Shown piece by piece: positions 26,678-37,682 of a stretch of DNA of 64,000 nt. How positions within the stretch are numbered: position 1 is the first letter of the stretch; every line of letters begins with the position of its first letter. The stretch is from Macrostomum lignano (Eukaryota). The stretch is taken from contig NIVC01001584.1 of the NCBI GenBank assembly GCA_002269645.1, positions 92,807 to 156,806 on the forward strand, read 5' to 3'. A model generated the notes under the pieces. It was given only the letters and a program-made list of their open reading frames with translations. It was not told where the DNA came from and did not search any database. The position numbers were made by a program, and so were the translations under genes.

Positions 26678-27440
26678 TATAATCCATAGTCAGGAAGGTG
26701 GCAAGTGCACGCGGGAATCAATTTATGAAAAAATCCTTGGTGCACGCCAATGTATGCCAATTTTTTAAAACCCTTAACATGACGTTTCTGTTGCATGCCA
26801 AAAATCTTGAATACCAAAAATCATGTATGCCGAAAATTGTATATACCAAAATCTTGTATGCCAAAAGTGGTTACACTGTCTGTTTACCCTACAGTAAATT
26901 GTAAAAATTTGAATATTAACCATATTAAATACTATTTTTAAATAAATTTTCTACTTACGTTAAACAAAGTTTATATAAAAAAGGAAATTTGCTACAAAGA
27001 ACATAATGAGTATCAAAAACTTTTTCTTCAAATTTCAAGAAACAAATAAAATAAAAGTCTATAAGAGTCACAAAATAAGAGCATTTAAAAGTTATTGGAT
27101 ATTTTAATTTTAATGTAGGCTGTAGAGTGTAGGCCTGGCTATAGGCTAGGCTGTAGCCTCAACTAGTTGGTTTAATCAATATTCAAATTCAATTGTTCAC
27201 ATTTAACTTTATATATTGTATATATATAGTGTATACATCTATATCTGACTTGTTGATATACTGTCAGTTTGTAATTGCATGCCAAGGTTACACGCCAAGT
27301 AAAAAACTTGTACGCTGAAAATTTAGGCGTGGCTTGAGACCCCTATTTGCACGCCAACTTTGCACACCTAAATTTTAGCGTGGCTTGTGCACACGGGAAA
27401 ATTCCCGCGTGCAGGCCACCTTCCTGAGTATGGCTTATAA
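26678..27440. mobile_element. MITE in Rab2 intron 1 with ~45-bp TIRs
   Basis: tataatccatagtcaggaaggtggcaagtgcacgcgggaat versus attcccgcgtgcaggccaccttcctgagtatggcttata; internal a(t/c)gccaa sub-repeats. Confidence 0.65.
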
Positions 27441-27679
27441 TATCACCAAAAAGTAAAAAAATATTATCAATAACAGTGTTGGGCACCATTAATAAAAATC
27501 TTAACTTCTGTTAATGGCAAGTGTTAGCATTAAAACAAAAAAATCTTAGTAACTCTTAATTTTGTTAAGTTGGCTAAAAGTTAACTGATAATTACTAATA
27601 AGTATTAATCTAATAAAGTTAATATAAAAAATACAGAATTCTTGCACTTTTTTTCAAAACAGACTTCTATAATGCACTG

Positions 27680-28603
27680 TAGGGATGCCAACCAGTTTTA
27701 AAACCAGTTTTAAAGAACCAGTTTTTTGTCCAATTTTTTTGATACTTTTTAATGGATTTTTTATTTTAATTATGCCTCACAATTTTGCACTTTGGAGAAA
27801 ACAATAACTGCTAACATAATTTTTCTGAATCGTTACTTTGTAACTTCATAATCGTAAAAAGTATTTGTAAGTAATCATAGATTCGTAATGATTCGTAATT
27901 GTAATCATTAATCATACCGAGAAAAGTTTGTTTTTATTTTTCTAAGAAAGGTCAATGAAATGATTACAAATTTAAAAATTTATAATGAATCAATGTCAAT
28001 TGTGAATGAACATTGATTGATTCATGGATCTTGATGATTGTATTACGTAGGTTTGTGTATTGTGTATAGTAAATGTTATGCATCATTAGCATCAATGCAT
28101 GTATAACACACTGTGTAATTTATCATCATCATATCATTATCATTTCATTCATAATTTCATACATTTATTTTATATTCCATTCACATAATTGTCAAAAGTA
28201 TTACTGTCTACTATCTACTACCTATGAGTGACATGAGTCTGTGACAACAACCCCATAACGTCATAGCATGCATGCATCACAACCACAAGTTCACAAACAA
28301 GTGAATTGTTTCAAGTTTAAACTTCAAAATTTTTGCACAATCTTGTTATTCACAATTCACAAAACATTGTTCATTAGGCCTATCATTATCGGTGGCATCA
28401 TTATCATTTAAAGTTAAGTAAATTAACAAAATAAAGCTTCAGCAGTCAATATTGTTTTAAAATGGGTGAATTCACAATTGTATATAAGTTCTATGCTTAT
28501 TTAGTGCTTTTTAAAAACTTGGCACACAAACGGGTTTTCTTATAAAAGGCAGTTTTGAAACTGGTTAACTGGTTCTCAAAAAGGGCCGGTTTTGGTATCT
28601 CTA
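27680..28603. mobile_element. hAT (Ac-like ends) non-autonomous element nested in the outer hAT, 924 bp
   Basis: Ends TAGGGATGCCAACC / GGTTTTGGTATCTCTA and a perfect 8-bp TSD ATGCACTG (27672-27679 and 28604-28611). Confidence 0.85.
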
Positions 28604-28722
28604 ATGCACTGTATTTGTTTTTCCACTTCTTTAGCAAAACACAAAGGTAATCTAAGGGATTTACAAGCTAAAAAAATAATACTTGTATGTAAAAATACTA
28701 TTAAAAGTAAGCAATTATAACA

Positions 28723-29318
28723 TAGTAGCATAGCCAGGAATTTCAATTGGGGGGGGGTTGGCTTTGCTGGCCATGCCTTATGCCATTGCCACACTTTTAG
28801 TACTGCAGGCACTCATTTTGGCGCCGCAGGCACTTATTTTAGCACTGCAGGCACTCATTTTGGCACCAGAGGCATTTAGCTCATTTAGAATTATTTTAGT
28901 GCCATATGCACTCATTTTAGTGCCGCAGGCATTCATTTTATCATTGCAAGCACAAGCACTGCAGGCACTCATTTTGGCACCATAGGCTCTCATTTTGGCA
29001 CTGCAGGCACTCAATTGCCTATGGTTTTTGGTACCCACTGCCACTGCGTCTAATCTCACCCCAATAAATATTAAGGTAGTACTAAGTAGATGATGAGGCA
29101 TTTTGCCTTAATAAGACAGTCATAGTTACTCCTGCTGTTTATCCAAAGTTGCATTAATTTTGCTTTAGGGCTTCTTTTACATGTAAGTCACATTTTTGGC
29201 CAAAAACTATGTTATATTTTTGTTAAAATTAAGTTGCATGGCCGACCAAATTTTGGAGGTTGCACATGTATGTCCCCAGGTGATTGGGGGGGGGGGCACC
29301 TCCCTGGCTATGCCACTA
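28723..29318. mobile_element. Second nested MITE carrying a ~21-bp tandem repeat (actgcaggcactcattttggc, ~28798-29005)
   Basis: TIR tagtagcatagccagg / cctggctatgccacta with subterminal G-runs. No TSD found. Confidence 0.6.
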
Positions 29319-29829
29319 TGGTAAAAGAAGTAACTCATTTATTTGAAACTTGAAAGCAAATTAGTTAATAATAATATATGAATAGGAAGGCTATTTCAGT
29401 AGCATTAGCAGGCACAGCAGAAAGTTACAAAAAATTAGGAAAGAAGTGAATCAAGGTGATCCATGCTCACGCACAAGCAATAAAGCTCACAATTTTAATT
29501 CATTATTAAAGTTCATTAATATGAAGTTGTTACATTTGCATGATCATTGTGATAATTAGAGATTAATTAGGCATTTAGATGATTTGGAATACATTTGAAC
29601 TGTTGTAACTTCTCGTCAGACTTATATTTTTTTCTTTGTATCTTTGGTCATTGACATTGCCATTAAGGTTAACAATGAATTTGTCATTAACTCATAAAAT
29701 TATTAATGCAAATTCATTAATCCATTAGTGCAAAAATCTTAATGACAGTCTATTAATGTTAACAAAAAATCTTAATGCTTATTAATGCTTATTAACAGAT
29801 TGGCACTTATTAATGGACTCACACATGCG

Positions 29830-29979
29830 CAACTTTGGGATTCACCTGGCCATTTCTATTGGCAACACACATATGTAAGTCGCTATTGGACAGAACAGTA
29901 GTCATGTGACGGCTCTCAACAAATAGCAACTTACATGCGTGTGTTGCCAATAGAAACGGCCGGGTGAATCCCAAGTTTG
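29830..29979. repeat. Short foldback: ~58-bp inverted arms with a ~34-nt loop
   Basis: caactttgggattcacctggccatttctattggcaacacacatatgtaagtcgctatt pairs with aatagcaacttacatgcgtgtgttgccaatagaaacggccgggtgaatcccaagtttg. Confidence 0.85.
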
Positions 29980-30076
29980 CACCCAAGCATAAATGGACTA
30001 GTGCCCAACACTGATCAATAATAGTCACAGTAGTTGTCTACTGTAGTTAGGATCATGTATTAGTATACACTGGGTC

Positions 30077-31657
30077 GGGTCTACGACGTTTGCCTGCGGG
30101 ACGTTTGCCAGCCGACGTTTGCCTGCGGGACGTTTGCCAGCCGACATTTGCCAGCCGACGTTTGCCAGCGGGACGTTTGCCAGCCGAAGTTTGCCTGCCG
30201 GACGTTTGCCTGCGGGACGTTTGCCAGCCGACGTTTGCCAGCCGACGTTTGCCAGCCGACATTTGCCAGCCGACGTTTGCCAGTCGGACGTTTGCCAGCC
30301 GACATTTGCCAGCCGACGTTTGCCTGCCGGATGTTTGCCAGCCGACGTTTGCCAGCCGACGCTTGCCTGCCGGAAGTTTGCCAGCCAAAATTTGCTAGCC
30401 AATATAAAGCCAGTCAGTGAAAAATTTGATACTGAAACATTCGCAGTTTAGCGGTTTGACAAAAACCGTTTTTACTCCAACTTTTTGACGGTTATTCGCA
30501 TGTATACAAGTTTGAAAGCAAAATCTATAAATTATGCAATTTATATAGATTTACATCTAATATCCAGTTTAACAACGATTTTCTTTGAATGTGAAAATAT
30601 TGTTTACTTTTGACAATTGTGTATCGTTTTTCCCAGTTTGAGATGTTTGATTTTTGATGTGCGAAAGAAGACGCGCAGATTACAACGGGAATCTCCAGCG
30701 ATTAAGTTATGAGGCAAACAAAAAGAGCTGCTGAGCGGTAATTCTGGCTCATATATTTCTCAGTTCATTGGGAGATCTAAAAGTAAGCAAATTGATTCCA
30801 ATTCTGTTGTATTACTACTCAAGTAAGCAAGGAAACCGCGATCTCAACGTACATGTGTAGACGAGTCGAATGCGGTACGTTTTTATAGTAAGCTATATAG
30901 CTGAATAGCCAGACAAGCCGCCAGTAGCAAGCTAGTAGAATAGCAAGCGCTAGACACTACGTATGCAAAGCTTAGTCATGCCAAGGACTACTAAAGTAGA
31001 AGTACGCAGCACTCGAAATCTATGAAAAATGTTTTGAAGGCCATAGGGAGATAGGAAGTTTTCATCTTTTCAGCACAACAATTGTTATTGCTTTCATACG
31101 AGGCAAACCCAATGTTCATCTTTTGATATGTTGTGCCAAAATCGTTGTTAAACTAGATATTAGACGTTAGACTGATGAACTGCATAATTTATATATTTTG
31201 CTTTCAAACTTGTATACATGCGAATAACCGTCAAAAAGTTGGAGTAAAAACGGTTTTTGTCAAACCGCTAAACTGCGAATATTTCAGTATCAAATTTTTC
31301 ACTGACTGGCTTTATATTGGCTAGCAAATTTTGGCTGGCAAACTTCCGGCAGGCAAACGTCGGCTGGCAAACGTCGGCTGGCAAACATTCGGCAGGCAAA
31401 CGTCCGGCAGGCAAACTTCGGCTGGCAAACGTCCCGCTGGCAAACGTCGGCTGGCAAACGTCGGCTGGCAAATGTCGGCTGGCAAACGTCCCGCAGGCAA
31501 ACGTCGGCTGGCAAACGTCCGGCAGGCAAACTTCGGCTGGCAAACGTCCCACTGGCAAACGTCGGCTGGCAAACGTCGGCTGGCAAATGTCGGCTGGCAA
31601 ACGTCCCGCAGGCAAACGTCGGCTGGCATACGTCCCGCAGGCAAACGTCGCTATCCC
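30077..31657. mobile_element. Foldback/Mutator-type non-autonomous element with ~500-bp TIRs made partly of 14-15-bp sub-repeats (gacgtttgccagcc)
   Basis: Ends GGGTCTACGACG / CGTCGCTATCCC, perfect 9-bp TSD CACTGGGTC (30068-30076 and 31658-31666); arms ~30077-30582 and ~31138-31657. Confidence 0.85.
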
Positions 31658-32848
31658 CACTGGGTCTAGTGGGAGGAAATATAACTTATTAGACCTTGTT
31701 TGTATACTGGAAATAAAAAATGTTTTCAATATGTTTGCCAAAGTTATATGTTTTTAAGGTGCATCTTTTTAGTTTTTCCCCATTTAAAATGAATTCATTA
31801 TTCATGCAGAGTAACAAACCTAAAAATTATGCACTTTTGCAACATTTACTAAGAAGAAACGATGATAAAAGAAATACTTTAAATACTTTTTATTAGCAAA
31901 AAATTTAAGAAAAATAAGTTTTTAAGGCACAAAGTTAAAAATTGTTTTTTAATATTATTTTTTGTTCCATGCTGATAATGTTGCATGTTGCATATCCTTT
32001 GTAACATAATTTTAATTTTTTGTTGATTCTAATCATAGATATAAGCCAAAAATATTCCACTGTAATATACACTGATGTATACTAAAAAATAGCAAGAACC
32101 CCTATTGTATGCTTGGAAATATTGGTATACACACTGCCTTCTAAACCATATATATGTTGTCCATGCATTATAATTATCAAATTTGATGACTATTTAATGC
32201 AAAAACTGATTTCCATATTTTTATAAGGTGAAGATTTAAAACTTTTACAAAAAATGTACAAAATTTGTTTTTGTTCTATATATATAACATTATACAAATA
32301 TAATTTTATTTTTAGTTTTTAACTCCATCTAATTGAAATTAAGTATCAAAATCACTAGTTTAGTTTTATGCAGATGTTAGATAATTTCAGTGTATAAAAG
32401 CTACAAAATTGAGCTATTATTTAAACCTTTAATTTAATTGAACTTTTACTAGATTTTTTAGTTCTGTTGCACTGCGCATTAGTGCTCTAGCTATATAGAT
32501 AACAATAAACAAATGTATACCTTAATGCACAAATTTGTACTTTAGCTTAATACACAGCATACACCAAAAATATTCTAAAATATATTCTTGTGCACACATG
32601 ACAGTTTCCTGATATGGCATTTTAGTAGGCCTAATATATGTATATGATATACTATAATTATATAGTCAAATAATAGTCAATAACCAAATGACTTTTAGTC
32701 TTTTAGAATAATCAAATGGCAGCTTTTAAATTTGAAATTAATACTTTATTGTATTGGTAATCTGTTATTAGTTATTATTATCCCCAATTAACCAGTTAAG
32801 TGTGTAATTATTTTTAACTAAACAATAATACTATGTTTTAAATGTTAG

Positions 32849-32920
32849 GTGTTGGAAAATCTTGTCTGCTGCTGCAATTTACTGATAAAAGATTTCAACC
32901 AGTACACGATGTTACCATTG
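32849..32920 (+). CDS. Rab2: Rab2 exon 2
   Basis: ttag|GT GTT GGA AAA TCT...ACC ATT G|gtgagt = GVGKSCLLLQFTDKRFQPVHDVTI (P-loop and switch I). Confidence 0.95.
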
Positions 32921-32965
32921 GTGAGTGAATTGCTACTTATATTCTAAAAGTGTATGGCATTTTAA

Positions 32966-34018
<1,053 letters not shown>

Positions 34019-34046
34019 ACTCAAAATTGATGCAATTTTCCATTAA

Positions 34047-34226
<180 letters not shown>

Positions 34227-34615
34227 TAAGCCCCAATAAAATTGTATATTTTGTTAAGATAAATAACTTTATATATTGTTGTTGGAAGGGCTGGTAGGTA
34301 AAGTTAATTCTAGATGTATAAATGCGCTTTATACTATTACTTACTAAGTAGTTTAAAAGTACATATTTTAGTCAATTAATTCCATTAAATTCGGCACCAG
34401 AAATGGGGCTCTGTTTGCCATAATAATGTGTTTGCCTAAATCTCTGCTATCAAATTAATTGTTTTTTAACCAGAGAGAACTTTACACAACTTACTGCTGA
34501 CTAACTCACGAGAGTCGTTGTGTTAGCGCTTAACTTTCTAGTAACTCAAGTACTGTCTAAATTCGATTAGTAGAAAGCATGAGGGGGCTTCTGGGACAAA
34601 ATTTTTCACCTCCTC

Positions 34616-34824
34616 CATAATCCCATTAAATCCATCCATATTATCCCTGACAGAATCAGAAAAAAAGGGGGGTCGCACCTGCTCACAAAACCTCCTCCAT
34701 AATCCCATTAAATCCATCCATATTATCCCTGACAGAATCATGAAAAAGGGGAGGGGCCGCACTTGCTCCGAAAACTTCGAACATAATCCCATTAAATCCA
34801 TCCATATTATCCCTGACAGAATCA
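34616..34824. repeat. Three identical 43-bp direct repeats at 82/84-bp spacing in the TIR (mirrored in the right arm)
   Basis: cataatcccattaaatccatccatattatccctgacagaatca at 34616, 34698 and 34782. Confidence 0.92.
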
Positions 34825-35023
34825 GAGCAGGTGTCCACTGATACCTGTTATGCTCACTGACACCGACATCCACCCATAGCATGTTCGAAACAATCAGAAA
34901 ATAATCTGCATTCTTCTCCCCATGGGGCCCACATTCAATTTGCAACGCGAAATCAGATCCCTAAGACTTTAAATTATCAGCGCAGGGTCCTTACCCTTTG
35001 AAAAAATTAAATTCTCAATAAAA

Positions 35024-35260
35024 ATGTTTCCAGTTGTCTCTCCAGGTTCTTATTATACTCAGCCTAATCCATTGTACAAATCCAAGTACCGATGCAAACT
35101 AGAATGCAGCGAGTACATGAGAAAATATTGGCCCGACGTTGATATCAATGTCCCTAACATTAATCTAGCTCTCCAAAGACACTGGTTTCATAAGTATGGA
35201 GTAGTCATTAACGATTACGACAGCTACTATAACTTTGCAGAAATCATTAAGCAATTGTGA
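35024..35260 (+). CDS. 78-aa Tyr-rich orphan protein in the left arm (identical protein at 42397-42633, minus strand)
   Basis: aataaaaATG context matching the other element genes; ends 4 bp from the penton stop codon. Confidence 0.6.
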   Translation: MFPVVSPGSYYTQPNPLYKSKYRCKLECSEYMRKYWPDVDINVPNINLALQRHWFHKYGVVINDYDSYYNFAEIIKQL

Positions 35261-35264
35261 TTTC

Positions 35265-36128
35265 TTAAATTCTCTCAATGATCAACGTCAATACAAACTC
35301 TTCACCGTTGAAATCAACACCCATCCCATCTTCAGTCTCAAACTGTAGCACAATCTCGTGAATCTCCTTATTACTCAATACAACTCTTTTCACTGGATTT
35401 GGTTTCTCTACCACCATCTGTCCTCCAGCTACAGAGTTGGAGATATTGTACAAAATATTCGTTCGCTTTCCCTTAAATACCCAATCAAGACTGAGATTGC
35501 TTCTGATTAGAATATTCAAACCCTTTACAATGTCTGCAATATTGGGTGCTAAGAACAAACCGCTTACACTTTCCCGGACCATTCTAACAGTCCCCGATGC
35601 TTGAGTGGCGGTCCGCGCCGCGGATTCTGCCTTATAAACTTTCTTCTCGAATCCCAGTTCCCTATACCAAGTGTCATCTTTAAACTCAACTTCCGCATCT
35701 TTGTGAACTTGCATGACCACTCTCATTACAGTGAGATCATAGGTTAGTTTGACAGGGAACAGTTTCTTCTCTGGCTTACTCGCATCAGGTGTCTCGAAAT
35801 GGCCTCTCTTAGTAAAGACATTTTCTAGAAAGTTATTGTAGGTATCCACACTTTGCGTGCTCACATGGAATACCACAGGGTCTGCTGCTGCACCTTTCCA
35901 TTTGTAATAAAACTTATTATTTGCTGCCATCACATTGGGAACGTTTGACCAACCAGTGAAGTCGTTAAGATAGACATGGTAATTAGCGCCTGGATCCAGG
36001 CGAATCGCCTGCTCTAATTTTTCAACAAACATCCCGTTTGAGTCATTAATTCGACCAGTTATTGTAATAGGAATGCTCTCCTTAGAGTGTGAAACAATGT
36101 TGTTTAGTCTTTCAGCAATCGCTTCCAT
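35265..36128 (-). CDS. Minor capsid protein (penton-like, single jelly roll), left copy, 287 aa
   Basis: Motifs ...IRLDPGANYHVYLNDFTGWSNVPNV..NNKFYY... and ...GVDFNGEEFVLTLIIERI match the Polinton/adintovirus minor capsid pattern; protein identical to 41529-42392. Confidence 0.85.
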   Translation of the reverse strand: MEAIAERLNNIVSHSKESIPITITGRINDSNGMFVEKLEQAIRLDPGANYHVYLNDFTGWSNVPNVMAANNKFYYKWKGAAADPVVFHVSTQSVDTYNNFLENVFTKRGHFETPDASKPEKKLFPVKLTYDLTVMRVVMQVHKDAEVEFKDDTWYRELGFEKKVYKAESAARTATQASGTVRMVRESVSGLFLAPNIADIVKGLNILIRSNLSLDWVFKGKRTNILYNISNSVAGGQMVVEKPNPVKRVVLSNKEIHEIVLQFETEDGMGVDFNGEEFVLTLIIERI

Positions 36129-36150
36129 TTTTTTTCACATAAAAAAATAT

Positions 36151-36831
36151 TTAAACTTTACTGGATGAATTGTTGATCATGTTAAGCTTCACCTTCCTCT
36201 CAAATGCATAGATAATGTACAAGTCCACAGGTGTTGCGGCAGTCCTCTCAATGTTAGTCACGATATTCACAGGGCTGTTATCAGTAGGCATTTGTCTGGC
36301 AGACACATCAGCGCCAAACACATCTGAAATGAACTTATCGTCTATTGCCCTTGAAATGTACCCTATGATTGAAGTGTGCACCCCTTTCTCTTTTACTTGC
36401 TTCTCCTGTAGCTGCTTTAGTTTTTTTCGCCTGTTTCGCGCTACTGCTCCAGTAATTGCTGAAATAAGTCCACATGCAGCACCCACAGAGCCGAGCGGGA
36501 TTGCGATTGGGGCTGTGATGACTGGCAACACTGAGACAGCTGCAGCAGATCCAGATAGAACAGACACAGATCCTAGAATCATATTGCTGTAGTCGAAAAA
36601 TTTACAGTGGCTGTTATAGCGCTTAATTTTCTTTGTGTTGTGGAAAATATTTTTTTCAAGATCATCTCGCATTTTTTGAATCTCCACCAGTCGAAACTGT
36701 TGAGAGTTACAAGTAATGACGGGGTAGAGTTTTTGTTGCTCATATTGAGGTGCACTAGGTGCTGTGGGCGCTGTGGGCGCTGTGGGTGCTGTAAGAGCGT
36801 TCAGATCATAAAGAGAATTTTGAGCATCCAT
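36151..36831 (-). CDS. Chimeric ORF: 170 aa of a hydrophobic-hairpin Polinton protein fused in frame to the last 55 aa of the MCP
   Basis: N-terminal part FRLVEIQKMRDDLEK...ILGSVSVLSGSAAAVSVLPVITAPIAIPLGSVGAACGLISAITG...ISRAIDDKFISD; C-terminal part FGADVSARQ...NSSSKV is identical to the MCP end. The junction is at 36320/36321. Confidence 0.8.
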   Translation of the reverse strand: MDAQNSLYDLNALTAPTAPTAPTAPSAPQYEQQKLYPVITCNSQQFRLVEIQKMRDDLEKNIFHNTKKIKRYNSHCKFFDYSNMILGSVSVLSGSAAAVSVLPVITAPIAIPLGSVGAACGLISAITGAVARNRRKKLKQLQEKQVKEKGVHTSIIGYISRAIDDKFISDVFGADVSARQMPTDNSPVNIVTNIERTAATPVDLYIIYAFERKVKLNMINNSSSKV

Positions 36832-36878
36832 TTTTTTAGGAAATTTTTAAAAAAATAATCGACTACTAGTTGGTGGTG

Positions 36879-37667
36879 TTAGATTTGTTTTACGGTTGAT
36901 TGCTTCGTCTGCAGTGACGGCAACGGGTCTCTTCGAATTTGCCTATTCATTGTCTGTAGCTCCATTCTACGTCTGATCTCAAACAAGTCGGTTGGATCAC
37001 TTATTTCCCTTGTGGTCTGTGGTGGTGCCTCTTCAACGTCAATGTTTTTGAGATTATGCAAGCGTTCAAGACGACCGATTCTTCTCACCGATTTCTGCCA
37101 TTCGGTAAAAACTAAATCTACAAAGACTTTAATTGCAGTAATTCTTACTTTGATTTGATCATGCAACGCTGTTGACTGAGTCATGAACTCTTCTAAATTA
37201 TTGGCTTTAACTGTGTTGGTTGCGACGTTTTCTTTAATTCTATCATGCAATGCTGTTGACTGGTTCATGAACTCTTCTAAATTATTCACTTTAGCTGTGT
37301 TTGTGAAAACTCCTCCTTCAAGAATACGCATCCGTCTATCAATGGAATTTCCCAGAAGATTAACTGATGATCTCAAGCCGTTGATTAGCGAGACTATCGA
37401 AGTTATTTCTGACCTTAGTTCATTAGTTGCGTTTAACAACGGCACATAAAGCTTATCACTTTCAAACTTCTGCCTAGCTACTTTAAGCCTGAGATCTTCC
37501 ATGTTTATTTGCAACTGGTGCATGGAGCGCTCTAATTGTTTCAGTCTGTTTTTATTCAGTTTGATCTCTGGGATCTCTTCATCAGTGTTAATGTAGCGCT
37601 TATCAAGGAAGGAAGTTGTGAGAGTGCTGTTGCCTGTAGTTGACTCACCTGCAAAATTTACTGACAT
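36879..37667 (-). CDS. 262-aa coiled-coil protein with a 28-aa tandem repeat; candidate fibre/spike
   Basis: Heptad pattern across ~aa 35-205; TNTAKVNNLEEFMNQSTALHDRIKENVA / TNTVKANNLEEFMTQSTALHDQIK; aaaaaATG context. Confidence 0.7.
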   Translation of the reverse strand: MSVNFAGESTTGNSTLTTSFLDKRYINTDEEIPEIKLNKNRLKQLERSMHQLQINMEDLRLKVARQKFESDKLYVPLLNATNELRSEITSIVSLINGLRSSVNLLGNSIDRRMRILEGGVFTNTAKVNNLEEFMNQSTALHDRIKENVATNTVKANNLEEFMTQSTALHDQIKVRITAIKVFVDLVFTEWQKSVRRIGRLERLHNLKNIDVEEAPPQTTREISDPTDLFEIRRRMELQTMNRQIRRDPLPSLQTKQSTVKQI

Positions 37668-37682
37668 TTTTTAAATAAAAAA

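Larger units (their letters stand above)
27474..30013. mobile_element. hAT non-autonomous element (outer), 2540 bp including nested insertions
   Basis: 13-bp TIR CAGTGTTGGGCAC / GTGCCCAACACTG and a perfect 8-bp TSD ATCAATAA (27466-27473 and 30014-30021). Confidence 0.85.
34569..36320. repeat. Left inverted arm (1752 bp) of the Polinton
   Basis: Reverse complement of 41337-43087; only 3 differences spotted by eye (2 substitutions, 1 indel; not exhaustive). Confidence 0.95.

Noticed and set aside
28778-29101. GAKMSAC / LQALILA repeat ORFs
   Set aside because: Translation of a 21-bp repeat inside a MITE.
30025-31757. Overlapping AGKRRLANVGWQTS-type ORFs on both strands
   Set aside because: They arise from the 14/15-bp repeats in foldback TIRs, which lack stop codons.
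34616-34824. CRISPR-like pattern (43-bp repeats with ~40-bp spacers)
   Set aside because: The spacers resemble each other, there are only three units, no cas genes are present, the context is eukaryotic, and the array is mirrored within a transposon TIR.
34538-34945. 135-aa ORF in the left TIR and its counterpart at 42723-43139
   Set aside because: They translate the 43-bp repeats, run out of the element into host sequence, and differ at the N-terminus through a 1-bp indel.
36300-36340. Polinton mirror structure as a pure assembly fold-back artefact
   Set aside because: Considered unlikely: the TSD matches on both outer sides, the arms differ at 3 or more positions, unique host flanks differ, and Rab2 exons 4 and 5 stay collinear and in phase. 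Raw reads should still confirm it.
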